The notes under the pieces are model-generated. The model saw nothing but the letters and a program-made list of their open reading frames with translations. It was not told the DNA's origin and did no database searches. A program made the position numbers and the translations under genes. From Macrostomum lignano (lineage: Eukaryota), in the NCBI GenBank assembly GCA_002269645.1, contig NIVC01000202.1:186001-250000 (forward strand): DNA of 64,000 bases, given 5' to 3'. Positions 1-13,256 of the stretch are shown here, piece by piece; the stretch's first letter is position 1; each line of letters opens with the position of its first letter.

Positions 1-3000
1 GGAGGGGCAATGGATTCTGCGCCTGCTGAAGCATCGGGGGCTGTGCAGTGGATGCTGCGCCTGCTGAAGCATCGGGGGGAGGGGGCAATGGATTCTGCGC
101 CTGCTGAAGCATCGGGGGGGAGGGGGCAATGGATTCTGCGCCTGCTGAAGCATCGGGGGCTGTGCAGTGGATGCTGCGCCTGCTGAAGCATCGGGGGGAG
201 GGGGCAATGGATTCTGCGCCTGCTGAAGCATCGGGGGCTGTGCAGTGGATGCTGCGCCTGCTGAAGCATCGGGGGGGAGGGGGCAATGGATTCTGCGCCT
301 GCTGAAGCATCGGGGCTGTGCAGTGGATGCTGCGCCTGCTGAAGCATCGGGGGCTGTGCAGTGGATGCTGCGCCTGATGAAGCATCGGAGGGGGCAGTGG
401 ATGCTGCGCCTGCTGAAGCATCGGGGGGGGGGCAGTGGATGCTGCGCCTGCTGAAGCATCGGGGGGGCAATGGATGCTGCGCCTGCTGAAGCATCGGGGG
501 GGGCAATGGATGCTGCGCCTGCTGAAGCATCGGGGGGGGGCAATGGATGCTGCGCCTGCTGAAGCACCGGGGGGGGGCAGTGGATGCTGCGCCTGCTGAA
601 GCACCGGGGGGGCAGTGGATGCTGCGCCTGATGAAGCACCGGGGGCAGTGGATGCTGCGCCTGCTGAAGCACCGGGGGGAGGGGCAATGGATGCTGCGCC
701 TGCTGAAGCACCGGGGGGCAGTGGATGCTGCGCCTGCTGAAGCATCGGGGGCTGTGCAGTGGATGCTGCGCCTGATGAAGCATCGGAGGGGGCAGTGGAT
801 GCTGCGCCTGCTGAAGCATCGGGGGGGGGCAATGGATGCTGCGCCTGCTGAAGCATCGGGGGCTGTGCAGTGGATGCTGCGCCTGCTGAAGCATCGGGGG
901 CTGTGCAGTGGATGCTGCGCCTGCTGAAGCATCGGGGGGGGGGGGGCAATGGATTCTGCGCCTGCTGAAGCATCGGGGGGGAGGGGGCAATGGATTCTGC
1001 GCCTGCTGAAGCATCGGGGGGAGGGGCAATGGATGCTGCGCCTGCTGAAGCATCGGGGGCTGTGCAGTGGATGCTGCGCCTGCTGAAGCATCGGGGGGGA
1101 GGGGGCAATGGATTCTGCGCCTGCTGAAGCATCGGGGGCTGTGCAGTGGATGCTGCGCCTGCTGAAGCATCGGGGGGAGGGGGCAATGGATTCTGCGCCT
1201 GCTGAAGCATCGGGGGCTGTGCAGTGGATGCTGCGCCTGCTGAAGCATCGGGGGGGAGGGGGCAATGGATTCTGCGCCTGCTGAAGCATCGGGGGGGAGG
1301 GGGCAATGGATTCTGCGCCTGCTGAAGCATCGGAGGGGGGGCAGTGGATGCTGGGCCTGCTGAAGCATCGGGGGGGAGGTGGCAATGGATTCTGCGCCTG
1401 CTGAAGCATCGGGGGCTGTGCAGTGGATGCTGCGCCTGCTGAAGCATCGGGGGGAGGGGGCAATGGATTCTGCGCCTGCTGAAGCATCGGGGGCTGTGCA
1501 GTGGATGCTGCGCCTGCTGAAGCATCGGGGGGGAGGGGGCAATGGATTCTGCGCCTGCTGAAGCATCGGGGGCTGTGCAGTGGATGCTGCGCCTGCTGAA
1601 GCATCGGGGGCTGTGCAGTGGATGCTGCGCCTGATGAAGCATCGGAGGGGGCAGTGGATGCTGCGCCTGCTGAAGCATCGGAGGGGGGGGCAGTGGATGC
1701 TGCGCCTGCTGAAGCATCGGGGGGGGCAATGGATGCTGCGCCTGCTGAAGCATCGGGGGGGGCAATGGATGCTGCGCCTGCTGAAGCATCGGGGGGGGGG
1801 CAATGGATGCTGCGCCTGCTGAAGCACCGGGGGGGGCAGTGGATGCTGCGCCTGCTGAAGCACCGGGGGGGCAGTGGATGCTGCGCCTGATGAAGCACCG
1901 GGGGCAGTGGATGCTGCGCCTGCTGAAGCACCGGGGGGAGGGCAATGGATGCTGCGCCTGCTGAAGCACCGGGGGGCAGTGGATGCTGCGCCTGCTGAAG
2001 CATCGGGGGCTGTGCAGTGGATGCTGCGCCTGATGAAGCATCGGAGGGGGCAGTGGATGCTGCGCCTGCTGAAGCATCGGGGGGGGGGGCAATGGATGCT
2101 GCGCCTGCTGAAGCATCGGGGGGGGGGCAATGGATGCTGCGCCTGCTGAAGCACCGGGGGGGGCAGTGGATGCTGCGCCTGCTGAAGCACCGGGGGGGGG
2201 CAGTGGATGCTGCGCCTGCTGAAGCATCGGGGGGGCAATGGATGCTGCGCCTGCTGAAGCACCGGGGGGGAGGGGCAATGGATGCTGCGCCTGCTGAAGC
2301 ACCGGGGGGGCAGTGGATGCTGCGCCTGCTGAAGCATCGGGGGCTGTGCAGTGGATGCTGCGCCTGATGAAGCATCGGAGGGGGCAGTGGATGCTGCGCC
2401 TGCTGAAGCATCGGGGGGGGGGGAATGGATGCTGCGCCTGCTGAAGCACCGGGGGGGGGCAGTGGATGCTGCGCCTGCTGAAGCATCGGGGGCTGTGCAG
2501 TGGATGCTGCGCCTGATGAAGCATCGGAGGGGGCAGTGGATGCTGCGCCTGCTGAAGCACCGGGGGGGCAGTGGATGCTGCGCCTGCTGAAGCATCGGGG
2601 GGGGGGAGGGGCAATGGATTCTGCGCCTGCTGAAGCATCGGGGGGAGGGGGCAATGGATTCTGCGCCTGCTGAAGCATCGGGGGCTGTGCAGTGGATGCT
2701 GCGCCTGCTGAAGCATCGGGGGGAGGGGGCAATGGATTCTGCGCCTGCTGAAGCATCGGGGGCTGTGCAGTGGATGCTGCGCCTGCTGAAGCATCGGGGG
2801 GAGGGGCAATGGATTCTGCGCCTGCTGAAGCATCGGGGGCTGTGCAGTGGATGCTGCGCCTGCTGAAGCATCGGGGGGAGGGGGCAATGGATTCTGCGCC
2901 TGCTGAAGCATCGGGGGGAGGGGCAATGGATTCTGCGCCTGCTGAAGCATCGGGGGGGGCAGTGGATGCTGGCCTGCTGAAGCATCGGGGGGAGGGGCAA

Positions 3001-6000
3001 TGGATTCTGCGCCTGCTGAAGCATCGGGGGCTGTGCAGTGGATGCTGCGCCTGCTGAAGCATCGGGGGGAGGGGCAATGGATTCTGCGCCTGCTGAAGCA
3101 TCGGGGGCTGTGCAGTGGATGCTGCGCCTGCTGAAGCATCGGGGGGGAGGGGCAATGGATTCTGCGCCTGCTGAAGCATCGGGGGCTGTGCAGTGGATGC
3201 TGCGCCTGCTGAAGCATCGGGGGCTGTGCAGTGGATGCTGCGCCTGATGAAGCATCGGGGGGGCAGTGGATGCTGCGCCTGCTGAAGCATCGGAGGGGGG
3301 CAGTGGATGCTGCGCCTGCTGAAGCATCGGGGGGGCAATGGATGCTGCGCCTGCTGAAGCATCGGGGGGGCAATGGATGCTGCGCCTGCTGAAGCATCGG
3401 GGGGGGGGCAATGGATGCTGCGCCTGCTGAAGCACGGGGGGGGGGCAGTGGATGCTGCGCCTGCTGAAGCACCGGGGGGGGCAGTGGATGCTGCGCCTGA
3501 TGAAGCACCGGGGGCAGTGGATGCTGCGCCTGCTGAAGCACCGGGGGGGAGGGGGCAATGGATGCTGCGCCTGCTGAAGCACCGGGGGGCAGTGGATGCT
3601 GCGCCTGCTGAAGCATCGGGGGCTGTGCAGTGGATGCTGCGCCTGATGAAGCATCGGAGGGGGCAGTGGATGCTGCGCCTGCTGAAGCATCGGGGGGGGG
3701 CAATGGATGCTGCGCCTGCTGAAGCATCGGGGGGGGGGCAATGGATGCTGCGCCTGCTGAAGCACCGGGGGGGGGGCAGTGGATGCTGCGCCTGCTGAAG
3801 CACCGGGGGGGGGGCAGTGGATGCTGCGCCTGCTGAAGCATCGGGGGGGGGCAATGGATGCTGCGCCTGCTGAAGCACCGGGGGGAGGGGCAATGGATGC
3901 TGCGCCTGCTGAAGCACCGGGGGGGGGGGCAGTGGATGCTGCGCCTGCTGAAGCATCGGGGGCTGTGCAGTGGATGCTGCGCCTGATGAAGCATCGGAGG
4001 GGGCAGTGGATGCTGCGCCTGCTGAAGCATCGGGGGGGGGGAATGGATGCTGCGCCTGCTGAAGCACCGGGGGGGGGGGCAGTGGATGCTGCGCCTGCTG
4101 AAGCATCGGGGGCTGTGCAGTGGATGCTGCGCCTGATGAAGCATCGGAGGGGGCAGTGGATGCTGCGCCTGCTGAAGCACCGGGGGGGCAGTGGATGCTG
4201 CGCCTGCTGAAGCATCGGGGGGGGGGAGGGGGCAATGGATTCTGCGCCTGCTGAAGCATCGGGGGCTGTGCAGTGGATGCTGCGCCTGCTGAAGCATCGG
4301 GGGGGAGGGGGCAATGGATTCTGCGCCTGCTGAAGCATCGGGGGCTGTGCAGTGGATGCTGCGCCTGCTGAAGCATCGGGGGAGGGGGCAATGGATTCTG
4401 CGCCTGCTGAAGCATCGGGGGCTGTGCAGTGGATGCTGCGCCTGCTGAAGCATCGGGGGAGGGGGCAATGGATTCTGCGCCTGCTGAAGCATCGGGGGCT
4501 GTGCAGTGGATGCTGCGCCTGCTGAAGCATCGGGGGGGAGGGGGCAATGGATTCTGCGCCTGCTGAAGCATCGGGGGGAGGGGGCAATGGATTCTGCGCC
4601 TGCTGAAGCATCGGGGGCTGTGCAGTGGATGCTGGCCTGCTGAAGCATCGGGGGGGAGGGGGCAATGGATTCTGCGCCTGCTGAAGCATCGGGGGCTGTG
4701 CAGTGGATGCTGCGCCTGCTGAAGCATCGGGGGGAGGGGGCAATGGATTCTGCGCCTGCTGAAGCATCGGGGGCTGTGCAGTGGATGCTGCGCCTGCTGA
4801 AGCATCGGGGGGAGGGGGCAATGGATTCTGCGCCTGCTGAAGCATCGGGGGCTGTGCAGTGGATGCTGCGCCTGCTGAAGCATCGGGGGCTGTGCAGTGG
4901 ATGCTGCGCCTGATGAAGCATCGGAGGGGGCAGTGGATGCTGCGCCTGCTGAAGCACCGGGGGGGGCAGTGGATGCTGCGCCTGCTGAAGCATCGGGGGG
5001 GGCAATGGATGCTGCGCCTGCTGAAGCATCGGGGGGGGCAATGGATGCTGCGCCTGCTGAAGCATCGGGGGGGGGCAATGGATGCTGCGCCTGCTGAAGC
5101 ACCGGGGGGGCAGTGGATGCTGCGCCTGCTGAAGCACCGGGGGGGCAGTGGATGCTGCGCCTGATGAAGCACCGGGGGCAGTGGATGCTGCGCCTGCTGA
5201 AGCACCGGGGGGAGGGGGCAATGGATGCTGCGCCTGCTGAAGCACCGGGGGGCAGTGGATGCTGCGCCTGCTGAAGCATCGGGGGCTGTGCAGTGGATGC
5301 TGCGCCTGATGAAGCATCGGAGGGGGCAGTGGATGCTGCGCCTGCTGAAGCATCGGAGGGGGGGCAGTGGATGCTGCGCCTGCTGAAGCATCGGGGGGGG
5401 GGGCAATGGATGCTGCGCCTGCTGAAGCATCGGGGGGGGGGCAATGGATGCTGCGCCTGCTGAAGCACCGGGGGGGGGCAGTGGATGCTGCGCCTGCTGA
5501 AGCACCGGGGGGGGCAGTGGATGCTGCGCCTGCTGAAGCATCGGGGGGGGCAATGGATGCTGCGCCTGCTGAAGCACCGGGGGGAGGGGGCAATGGATGC
5601 TGCGCCTGCTGAAGCACCGGGGGGGGGCAGTGGATGCTGCGCCTGCTGAAGCATCGGGGGCTGTGCAGTGGATGCTGCGCCTGATGAAGCATCGGAGGGG
5701 CAGTGGATGCTGCGCCTGCTGAAGCACCGGGGGGGGGCAATGGATGCTGCGCCTGCTGAAGCACCGGGGGGGGGGCAGTGGATGCTGCGCCTGCTGAAGC
5801 ATCGGGGGCTGTGCAGTGGATGCTGCGCCTGATGAAGCATCGGAGGGGGCAGTGGATGCTGCGCCTGCTGAAGCACCGGGGGGGGGCAGTGGATGCTGCG
5901 CCTGCTGAAGCATCGGGGGGGGAGGGGCAATGGATTCTGCGCCTGCTGAAGCATCGGGGGCTGTGCAGTGGATGCTGCGCCTGCTGAAGCATCGGGGGGA

Positions 6001-9000
6001 GGGGGCAATGGATTCTGCGCCTGCTGAAGCATCGGGGGCTGTGCAGTGGATGCTGCGCCTGCTGAAGCATCGGGGGGAGGGGCAATGGATTCTGCGCCTG
6101 CTGAAGCATCGGGGGCTGTGCAGTGGATGCTGCGCCTGCTGAAGCATCGGGGGGAGGGGGCAATGGATTCTGCGCCTGCTGAAGCATCGGGGGCTGTGCA
6201 GTGGATGCTGGCCTGCTGAAGCATCGGGGGGAGGGGGCAATGGATTCTGCGCCTGCTGAAGCATCGGGGGCTGTGCAGTGGATGCTGGCCTGCTGAAGCA
6301 TCGGGGGGAGGGGGCAATGGATTCTGCGCCTGCTGAAGCATCGGGGGGGAGGGGGCAATGGATTCTGCGCCTGCTGAAGCATCGGGGGCTGTGCAGTGGA
6401 TGCTGGGCCTGCTGAAGCATCGGGGGGAGGGGGCAATGGATTCTGCGCCTGCTGAAGCATCGGGGGCTGTGCAGTGGATGCTGCGCCTGCTGAAGCATCG
6501 GGGGGGGGGGCAATGGATTCTGCGCCTGCTGAAGCATCGGGGGCTGTGCAGTGGATGCTGCGCCTGCTGAAGCATCGGGGGGAGGGGGCAATGGATTCTG
6601 CGCCTGCTGAAGCATCGGGGGCTGTGCAGTGGATGCTGCGCCTGCTGAAGCATCGGGGGCTGTGAAGTGGATGCTGCGCCTGATGAAGCATCGGAGGGGG
6701 CAGTGGATGCTGCGCCTGCTGAAGCATCGGAGGGGGGCAGTGGATGCTGCGCCTGCTGAAGCATCGGGGGGGGGCAATGGATGCTGCGCCTGCTGAAGCA
6801 TCGGGGGGGCAATGGATGCTGCGCCTGCTGAAGCATCGGGGGGGGGCAATGGATGCTGCGCCTGCTGAAGCACCGGGGGGGGGCAGTGGATGCTGCGCCT
6901 GCTGAAGCACCGGGGGGGGCAGTGGATGCTGCGCCTGATGAAGCACCGGGGGCAGTGGATGCTGCGCCTGCTGAAGCACCGGGGGGGAGGGGGCAATGGA
7001 TGCTGCGCCTGCTGAAGCACCGGGGGCAGTGGATGCTGCGCCTGCTGAAGCATCGGGGGCTGTGCAGTGGATGCTGCGCCTGATGAAGCATCGGAGGGGG
7101 CAGTGGATGCTGCGCCTGCTGAAGCATCGGAGGGGGGGCAGTGGATGCTGCGCCTGCTGAAGCATCGGGGGGGGGCAATGGATGCTGCGCCTGCTGAAGC
7201 ATCGGGGGGGGGCAATGGATGCTGCGCCTGCTGAAGCACCGGGGGGGGGCAGTGGATGCTGCGCCTGCTGAAGCACCGGGGGGGGGCAGTGGATGCTGCG
7301 CCTGCTGAAGCATCGGGGGGGGCAATGGATGCTGCGCCTGCTGAAGCACCGGGGGGAGGGGGCAATGGATGCTGCGCCTGCTGAAGCACCGGGGGGGGGG
7401 CAGTGGATGCTGCGCCTGCTGAAGCATCGGGGGCTGTGCAGTGGATGCTGCGCCTGATGAAGCATCGGAGGGGCAGTGGATGCTGCGCCTGCTGAAGCAC
7501 CGGGGGGGGGGCAATGGATGCTGCGCCTGCTGAAGCACCGGGGGGGGGGCAGTGGATGCTGCGCCTGCTGAAGCATCGGGGGCTGTGCAGTGGATGCTGC
7601 GCCTGATGAAGCATCGGAGGGGGCAGTGGATGCTGCGCCTGCTGAAGCACCGGGGGGGGGGCAGTGGATGCTGCGCCTGCTGAAGCATCGGGGGGGAGGG
7701 GGCAATGGATTCTGCGCCTGCTGAAGCATCGGGGGCTGTGCAGTGGATGCTGCGCCTGCTGAAGCATCGGGGGGGAGGGGGCAATGGATTCTGCGCCTGC
7801 TGAAGCATCGGGGGCTGTGCAGTGGATGCTGCGCCTGCTGAAGCATCGGGGGGAGGGGGCAATGGATTCTGCGCCTGCTGAAGCATCGGGGGCTGTGCAG
7901 TGGATGCTGCGCCTGCTGAAGCATCGGGGGGAGGGGGCAATGGATTCTGCGCCTGCTGAAGCATCGGGGGCTGTGCAGTGGATGCTGCGCCTGCTGAAGC
8001 ATCGGGGGGAGGGGCAATGGATTCTGCGCCTGCTGAAGCATCGGGGGCTGTGCAGTGGATGCTGCGCCTGCTGAAGCATCGGGGGGGAGGGGGCAATGGA
8101 TTCTGCGCCTGCTGAAGCATCGGGGGGAGGGGGCAATGGATTCTGCGCCTGCTGAAGCATCGGGGGCTGTGCAGTGGATGCTGCGCCTGCTGAAGCATCG
8201 GGGGGAGGGGGCAATGGATTCTGCGCCTGCTGAAGCATCGGGGGCTGTGCAGTGGATGCTGCGCCTGCTGAAGCATCGGGGGGAGGGGGCAATGGATTCT
8301 GCGCCTGCTGAAGCATCGGGGGCTGTGCAGTGGATGCTGCGCCTGCTGAAGCATCGGGGGTGCAGTGGATGCTGCGCCTGATGAAGCATCGGAGGGGGCA
8401 GTGGATGCTGCGCCTGCTGAAGCATCGGAGGGGGGGCAGTGGATGCTGCGCCTGCTGAAGCATCGGGGGGGGCAATGGATGCTGCGCCTGCTGAAGCATC
8501 GGGGGGGGGGCAATGGATGCTGCGCCTGCTGAAGCATCGGGGGGGCAATGGATGCTGCGCCTGCTGAAGCACCGGGGGGGGCAGTGGATGCTGCGCCTGC
8601 TGAAGCACCGGGGGGGCAGTGGATGCTGCGCCTGATGAAGCACCGGGGGCAATGGATGCTGCGCCTGCTGAAGCACCGGGGGGAGGGGGCAATGGATGCT
8701 GCGCCTGCTGAAGCACCGGGGGCAGTGGATGCTGCGCCTGCTGAAGCATCGGGGGCTGTGCAGTGGATGCTGCGCCTGATGAAGCATCGGAGGGGGCAGT
8801 GGATGCTGCGCCTGCTGAAGCATCGGGGGGGGGGCAATGGATGCTGCGCCTGCTGAAGCATCGGGGGGGAGGGGGCAATGGCCTGCTGAAGCATCGGGGG
8901 CTGTGCAGTGGATGCTGCGCCTGCTGAAGCATCGGGGGGAGGGGGCAATGGATTCTGCGCCTGCTGAAGCATCGGGGGGGAGGGGGCAATGGATTCTGCG

Positions 9001-9574
9001 CCTGCTGAAGCATCGGGGGGGAGGGGGCAATGGATTCTGCGCCTGCTGAAGCATCGGGGGCTGTGCAGTGGATGCTGCGCCTGCTAAAGCATCGGGGGCT
9101 GTGCAGTGGATGCTGCGCCTGATGAAGCATCGGAGGGGGCAGTGGATGCTGCGCCTGCTGAAGCATCGGAGGGGGGGCAGTGGATGCTGCGCCTGCTGAA
9201 GCATCGGGGGGGCAATGGATGCTGCGCCTGCTGAAGCACCGGGGGGGGGGGGGGCTGCGCCTGCTGAAGCACCGGGGGGGGCAGTGGATGCTGCGCCTGC
9301 TGAAGCATCGGGGGCTGTGCAGTGGATGCTGCGCCTGATGAAGCATCGGAGGGGGCAGTGGATGCTGCGCCTGCTGAAGCACCGGGGGGGGGGGGCAGTG
9401 GATGCTGCGCCTGCTGAAGCATCGGGGGCTGTGCAGTGGATGCTGCGCCTGATGAAGCATCGGAGGGGGCAGTGGATGCTGCGCCTGCTGAAGCACCGGG
9501 GGGGGGGCAGTGGATGCTGCGCCTGCTGAAGCATCGGAGGGGGCAGTGGATGCTGCGCCTGCTGAATCATCGGA
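1..9574. repeat. G-rich satellite, ~30-40-bp monomer (core TGGATGCTGCGCCTGCTGAAGCATCGG plus variable G-run/GCAA/GCAG/CTGTGCAG linker) with ~1.7-kb higher-order structure; runs off the window start
   Basis: The core recurs continuously from base 1 to ~9574. All ORFs here are repeat translations that frameshift at the G-runs. Confidence 0.98.
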
Positions 9575-10880
9575 GTCTCTAAAATAGCAAGCCTTGCAGA
9601 CAAAATGTGGCCTGAGAAAATGCAATTCTTAAAAGTTTGTCTAACCTTTTTGTCCCTCTATCTCTGCTGCTGCCCACTTACTCGGCTTGGATACGACGCT
9701 ATTTAGTTTTCTGTTTTTTTTTCGTTGACATCCATTTATAGAAATTGTTCTTATTTTCGGTTTGAGTTTCTCGTCTTGTTTTGTCTCGCCTTTTTTGTAT
9801 GCTTTTGGCTGCCAGACAGGCTGGCTGGGCGAGGGTGGAATGGCTGCTAAATAACTGGTGTAATTAAATAAATAATTAATTTAACTGTATTCTCGCACGT
9901 CCTGCGGTTGGTGGGTTAAATGCATTTATTCTTAATTTAAATTTGGACCACCTTAAGATATGAACGCCTTCGGTGACATATCGTCCCATCATGACACCGA
10001 GGCAATTCGATCTACAGTTTCTGAAGCTAGTGGGAGCTTTGGTTATTCTCTGAATCACCACCACACCGACCTTTCTGTCTCACCGATTCCCCCCTCCCAA
10101 AGTCTGGCCCGTGTATCCCATGTTGTAAAAACTATGGATGGGGTTTACTTCGGTGCAATAAAATGACTGGGTATAGATTTAGTTTGGGAGGGATAGGAGT
10201 GGAAGAGGAGGGTTATAAACTGCCTCTCAAATCTGAACTCTGTTTTCCTTACCCCCCTGAAAACCCTACCCTGGGACGCCAAGCTGTTGAGCGGTGATGA
10301 CGACACCAACTAAGCTCCTTTTCGAAACTTCGAAACAAAGAATTTTAAAGTTTCGCGTGCATGATGACGACACAATTCCCGGTGAGTAAGTAGATGTCAT
10401 GTGCTTGCTTTGTGCACGTGGGCATTCCCCCCCCCCCCAAGTTCATTTTCTCTTTTTGAAATTATCATCCCCACAGACACCCCGTGTTTTAGTCGGGATT
10501 CTCCTTACCGCGCCCGCACATTTCACTAACGACCTTGAAACGGTTGAATTCCATTGGTCGCGGCGGTCGGCGCTGTTCTATTTTTAGATTGTAGCTCTCA
10601 TTTTTGTCGGTGCCCATATGGCCAGTCTAGCCAATTAGAAATCGTTTGCACCCCAAACTCCGCGTTCCAACCCCCGTTTCAACCCCTCCCCCCGAGCAAA
10701 GCAAGAGAACCATATATAGTCAGTCTACACTCCAAATACGCCTCTGCCCTGCCACGCTGGCCTGTCTGTCACGCATTGCAATCGAATTGCTTTGCCCCTG
10801 TCTATTATTATTAAGCTTCGTAGAGCACCCTGTCTTTGCTTGTCATTCAAACAAAACTTCACATTTGAATCGGCTCGAAA

Positions 10881-11384
10881 ATGCAACAACAGCAAGACTG
10901 TTCTATCACAGACGCCGCTGCTTCTCAAGCTTCATCCTACCCAAAGATTCTGCAATGGTCGGTTTGCAAAATTGCTGACTCGCGCAGACGCAGAACAGGC
11001 ATCGATCTGCGCCGGAATCTGCTTATTGCCAACGTGATTTTCAAGGCCAGGACCGGCATTCTGCAGCAGCGAGCCCGGCAACTAACTGAAGCACGATTGG
11101 AGACTGTTAATGCCACTTCTGTTAGCAATCAGCATCCGGTATCAGCTACCGATAACTCCAGCTCGAGTCTAGGGAAGCGGGCCAGCTCGAGTATCGAGTT
11201 TCAGCAGCAACAGCAGGAGCAGCAATCTGCTATCGCTGTGTCGGCACCTTCCTTGCCAAAACAAGCAAAGGTGCATAGTGATGAGACCGAGTCGTCGCAG
11301 CAGCAACAGCAACAGCTCCTTGGCTCTCTGCAAGCGTCATTCCTCGAATCCCAAGCGCTGCCCTACCTGACCTGCTCATCCTAG
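10881..11384 (+). CDS. Intronless IER (immediate-early-response)/SERTA-like protein, 167 aa
   Basis: Non-repetitive ATG-to-TAG ORF. N-terminal ILQWSVCKIADSRRRRTGIDLRRNLLIANVIFKAR resembles the IER-family helix motif (IxxxSxxKxxxSRxxRxGxxLxxxL), which is also similar to SERTA. It is followed by a low-complexity S/Q-rich tail, and an AT-rich downstream region has AATAAA near 11779. Confidence 0.7.
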   Translation: MQQQQDCSITDAAASQASSYPKILQWSVCKIADSRRRRTGIDLRRNLLIANVIFKARTGILQQRARQLTEARLETVNATSVSNQHPVSATDNSSSSLGKRASSSIEFQQQQQEQQSAIAVSAPSLPKQAKVHSDETESSQQQQQQLLGSLQASFLESQALPYLTCSS

Positions 11385-12360
11385 GGCACAAAATCAAATT
11401 GAACTCAAACGATAAACTCAAACTACGAGAATTCCCCGGCCGTACTTGAAGAAGTAGAATGCTTATTGTAAATATAATCAGCCTCTGTGCAATTTGTAAC
11501 TGTAAAAAACGTTCGTTATATTTACTACTGACAGAGAACTATGCAAACCAAACCATTCATTCTATATTCGGGATTCTGGCTACCTCGCATTCGCCCTTTA
11601 ATATAAGTAACTACTGATTGAGAAAATTCACAGATTAAATTAATCCAATTCTAATGTGTCCCGAGCAGACTTTTAACTGTCTCAAATCAACAATTTAGGC
11701 ATTATTAACATTGTAGTAGTGCGTTGTGTATTGCTCACAGACTGAACATTGCATTTGCTTCAATTGTTAAGTGTAAAGAATAAACAAGTTAATCCTTAAG
11801 AATTTAATTAATTTCTTTCTTCGTTATTTCATTGTGGCCAATATTTTTTGAAAACTAATTCAAGCGCAAAATTTTGCTAGCTACACTACTATCAGCGACG
11901 AAGTGTTTTATACAATAACTATACAAAGTAGGACAATTATCATGCAGGTTCAATGTGAAATGATAAGGAAGTATTTGACATGCTGATTCGGGGGGGGGGC
12001 TTGGTACGAAATTGGGAACTAAGCCCATGGAGATATCGAAAATAACTTTTACAGTCCAGCCTCCATCATCTTGATAAGCTGTGAGTCAGTGAATTGACTT
12101 TGTCATTCCGCGGACAAACCTCTTTCTTATCCGCGCTGCTTTCTCCCCCCCTTGAGTCTGCAGTGAGTCATTATCGAACCGAGCTCGCTACTCAGCATTC
12201 ACTAATGCTCGAGCTTTCAATATTCTCAATAATTATTGATTAAGCTTTTAAGTGGCATTCATTTTTGAATTATGATTGTCACTGCGTAAAAGCACTTTGG
12301 CCGAAAGATACATGTATATGTATAGCTACGTTTTTAAAAAGAGAAATTCCCCCGAAATAG

Positions 12361-12740
12361 AGAAGAATGGCGCCCCCAAAATGAGTAGAATAGCGCCCCC
12401 AAAATGAGTAGAATGTGCCCTCACATAAGAGTAGAGTGACGGCCCTCAAATACAGTAGAATGGGACCTTGAATACAGTAGAATGGCGCCCTCAAATACAG
12501 TAGAATGGGGCCTTGAATACAGTAGAATGGCGCCCTCAAATACAGTAGAATGGTGCCCTCAAATACAGTAGAATGGCGCCCTCAAATACGGTAGAATGGC
12601 GCCCTCAAATACAGTAGAATAGCGCCCTCAAATACAGTAGAATGGCGCCCTCAAATACAGTAGAATGGCGCCCCAAAATACGGTAGAATGGCGCCCTCAA
12701 ATACAGTAGAATGGCGCCCAAAAACGGTAGAATGGGGCTC
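12361..12740. repeat. 23-bp minisatellite (TACAGTAGAATGGCGCCCTCAAA)
   Basis: Direct tandem copies are visible. Confidence 0.93.
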
Positions 12741-13256
12741 TTACTGACAAAGCATCGCTATATGCTACTTAAAGTTCAATCAGCTGCAGTCTGTAGAAAA
12801 AATTAAATCAGTTACTATCAATTAAAATATGAAGCCGAATTCACTCAGAAGTGTATAACATTTACGTGTAATACGTTTTAATTACCAAAAGTAAAACTCT
12901 CGTCGTTGATGATTCAAATGTTATCGAGGCATCTCGGGGCTAAGGATTGAGAGGGGGTTGGCGGTGGGGGGGGGGGCATGCGACAGACCGGGGGTGATTC
13001 ACCCCGTGTATCGCCAGGTCAGGTAGTTAGTCATAGTTGCACACCCACAAGAAGCGGCCTGGACAGAAAGGAAGGAAAGCAAAGACAAATATTCATATTT
13101 CATATCGCTTTTGGTTCCTCTTTGCTAAAGAGAGATTTCTGAAACAAAGGCAATGTTCGCAGATATGATTCAGTGACTGGCTGTGGCTGCTGCTGCTGCT
13201 TGCATTGAGAAAATTAAAAATATAATCAAACCTCATTTCTCATTACATGCTGTCTC

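Noticed and set aside
1-9574. CRISPR-like array (constant palindromic core with variable linkers) and its many ORFs
   Set aside because: The linkers are short G-run variants that recur rather than unique spacers. There are no cas genes and the context is eukaryotic. The ORFs are frame-shifting repeat translations.
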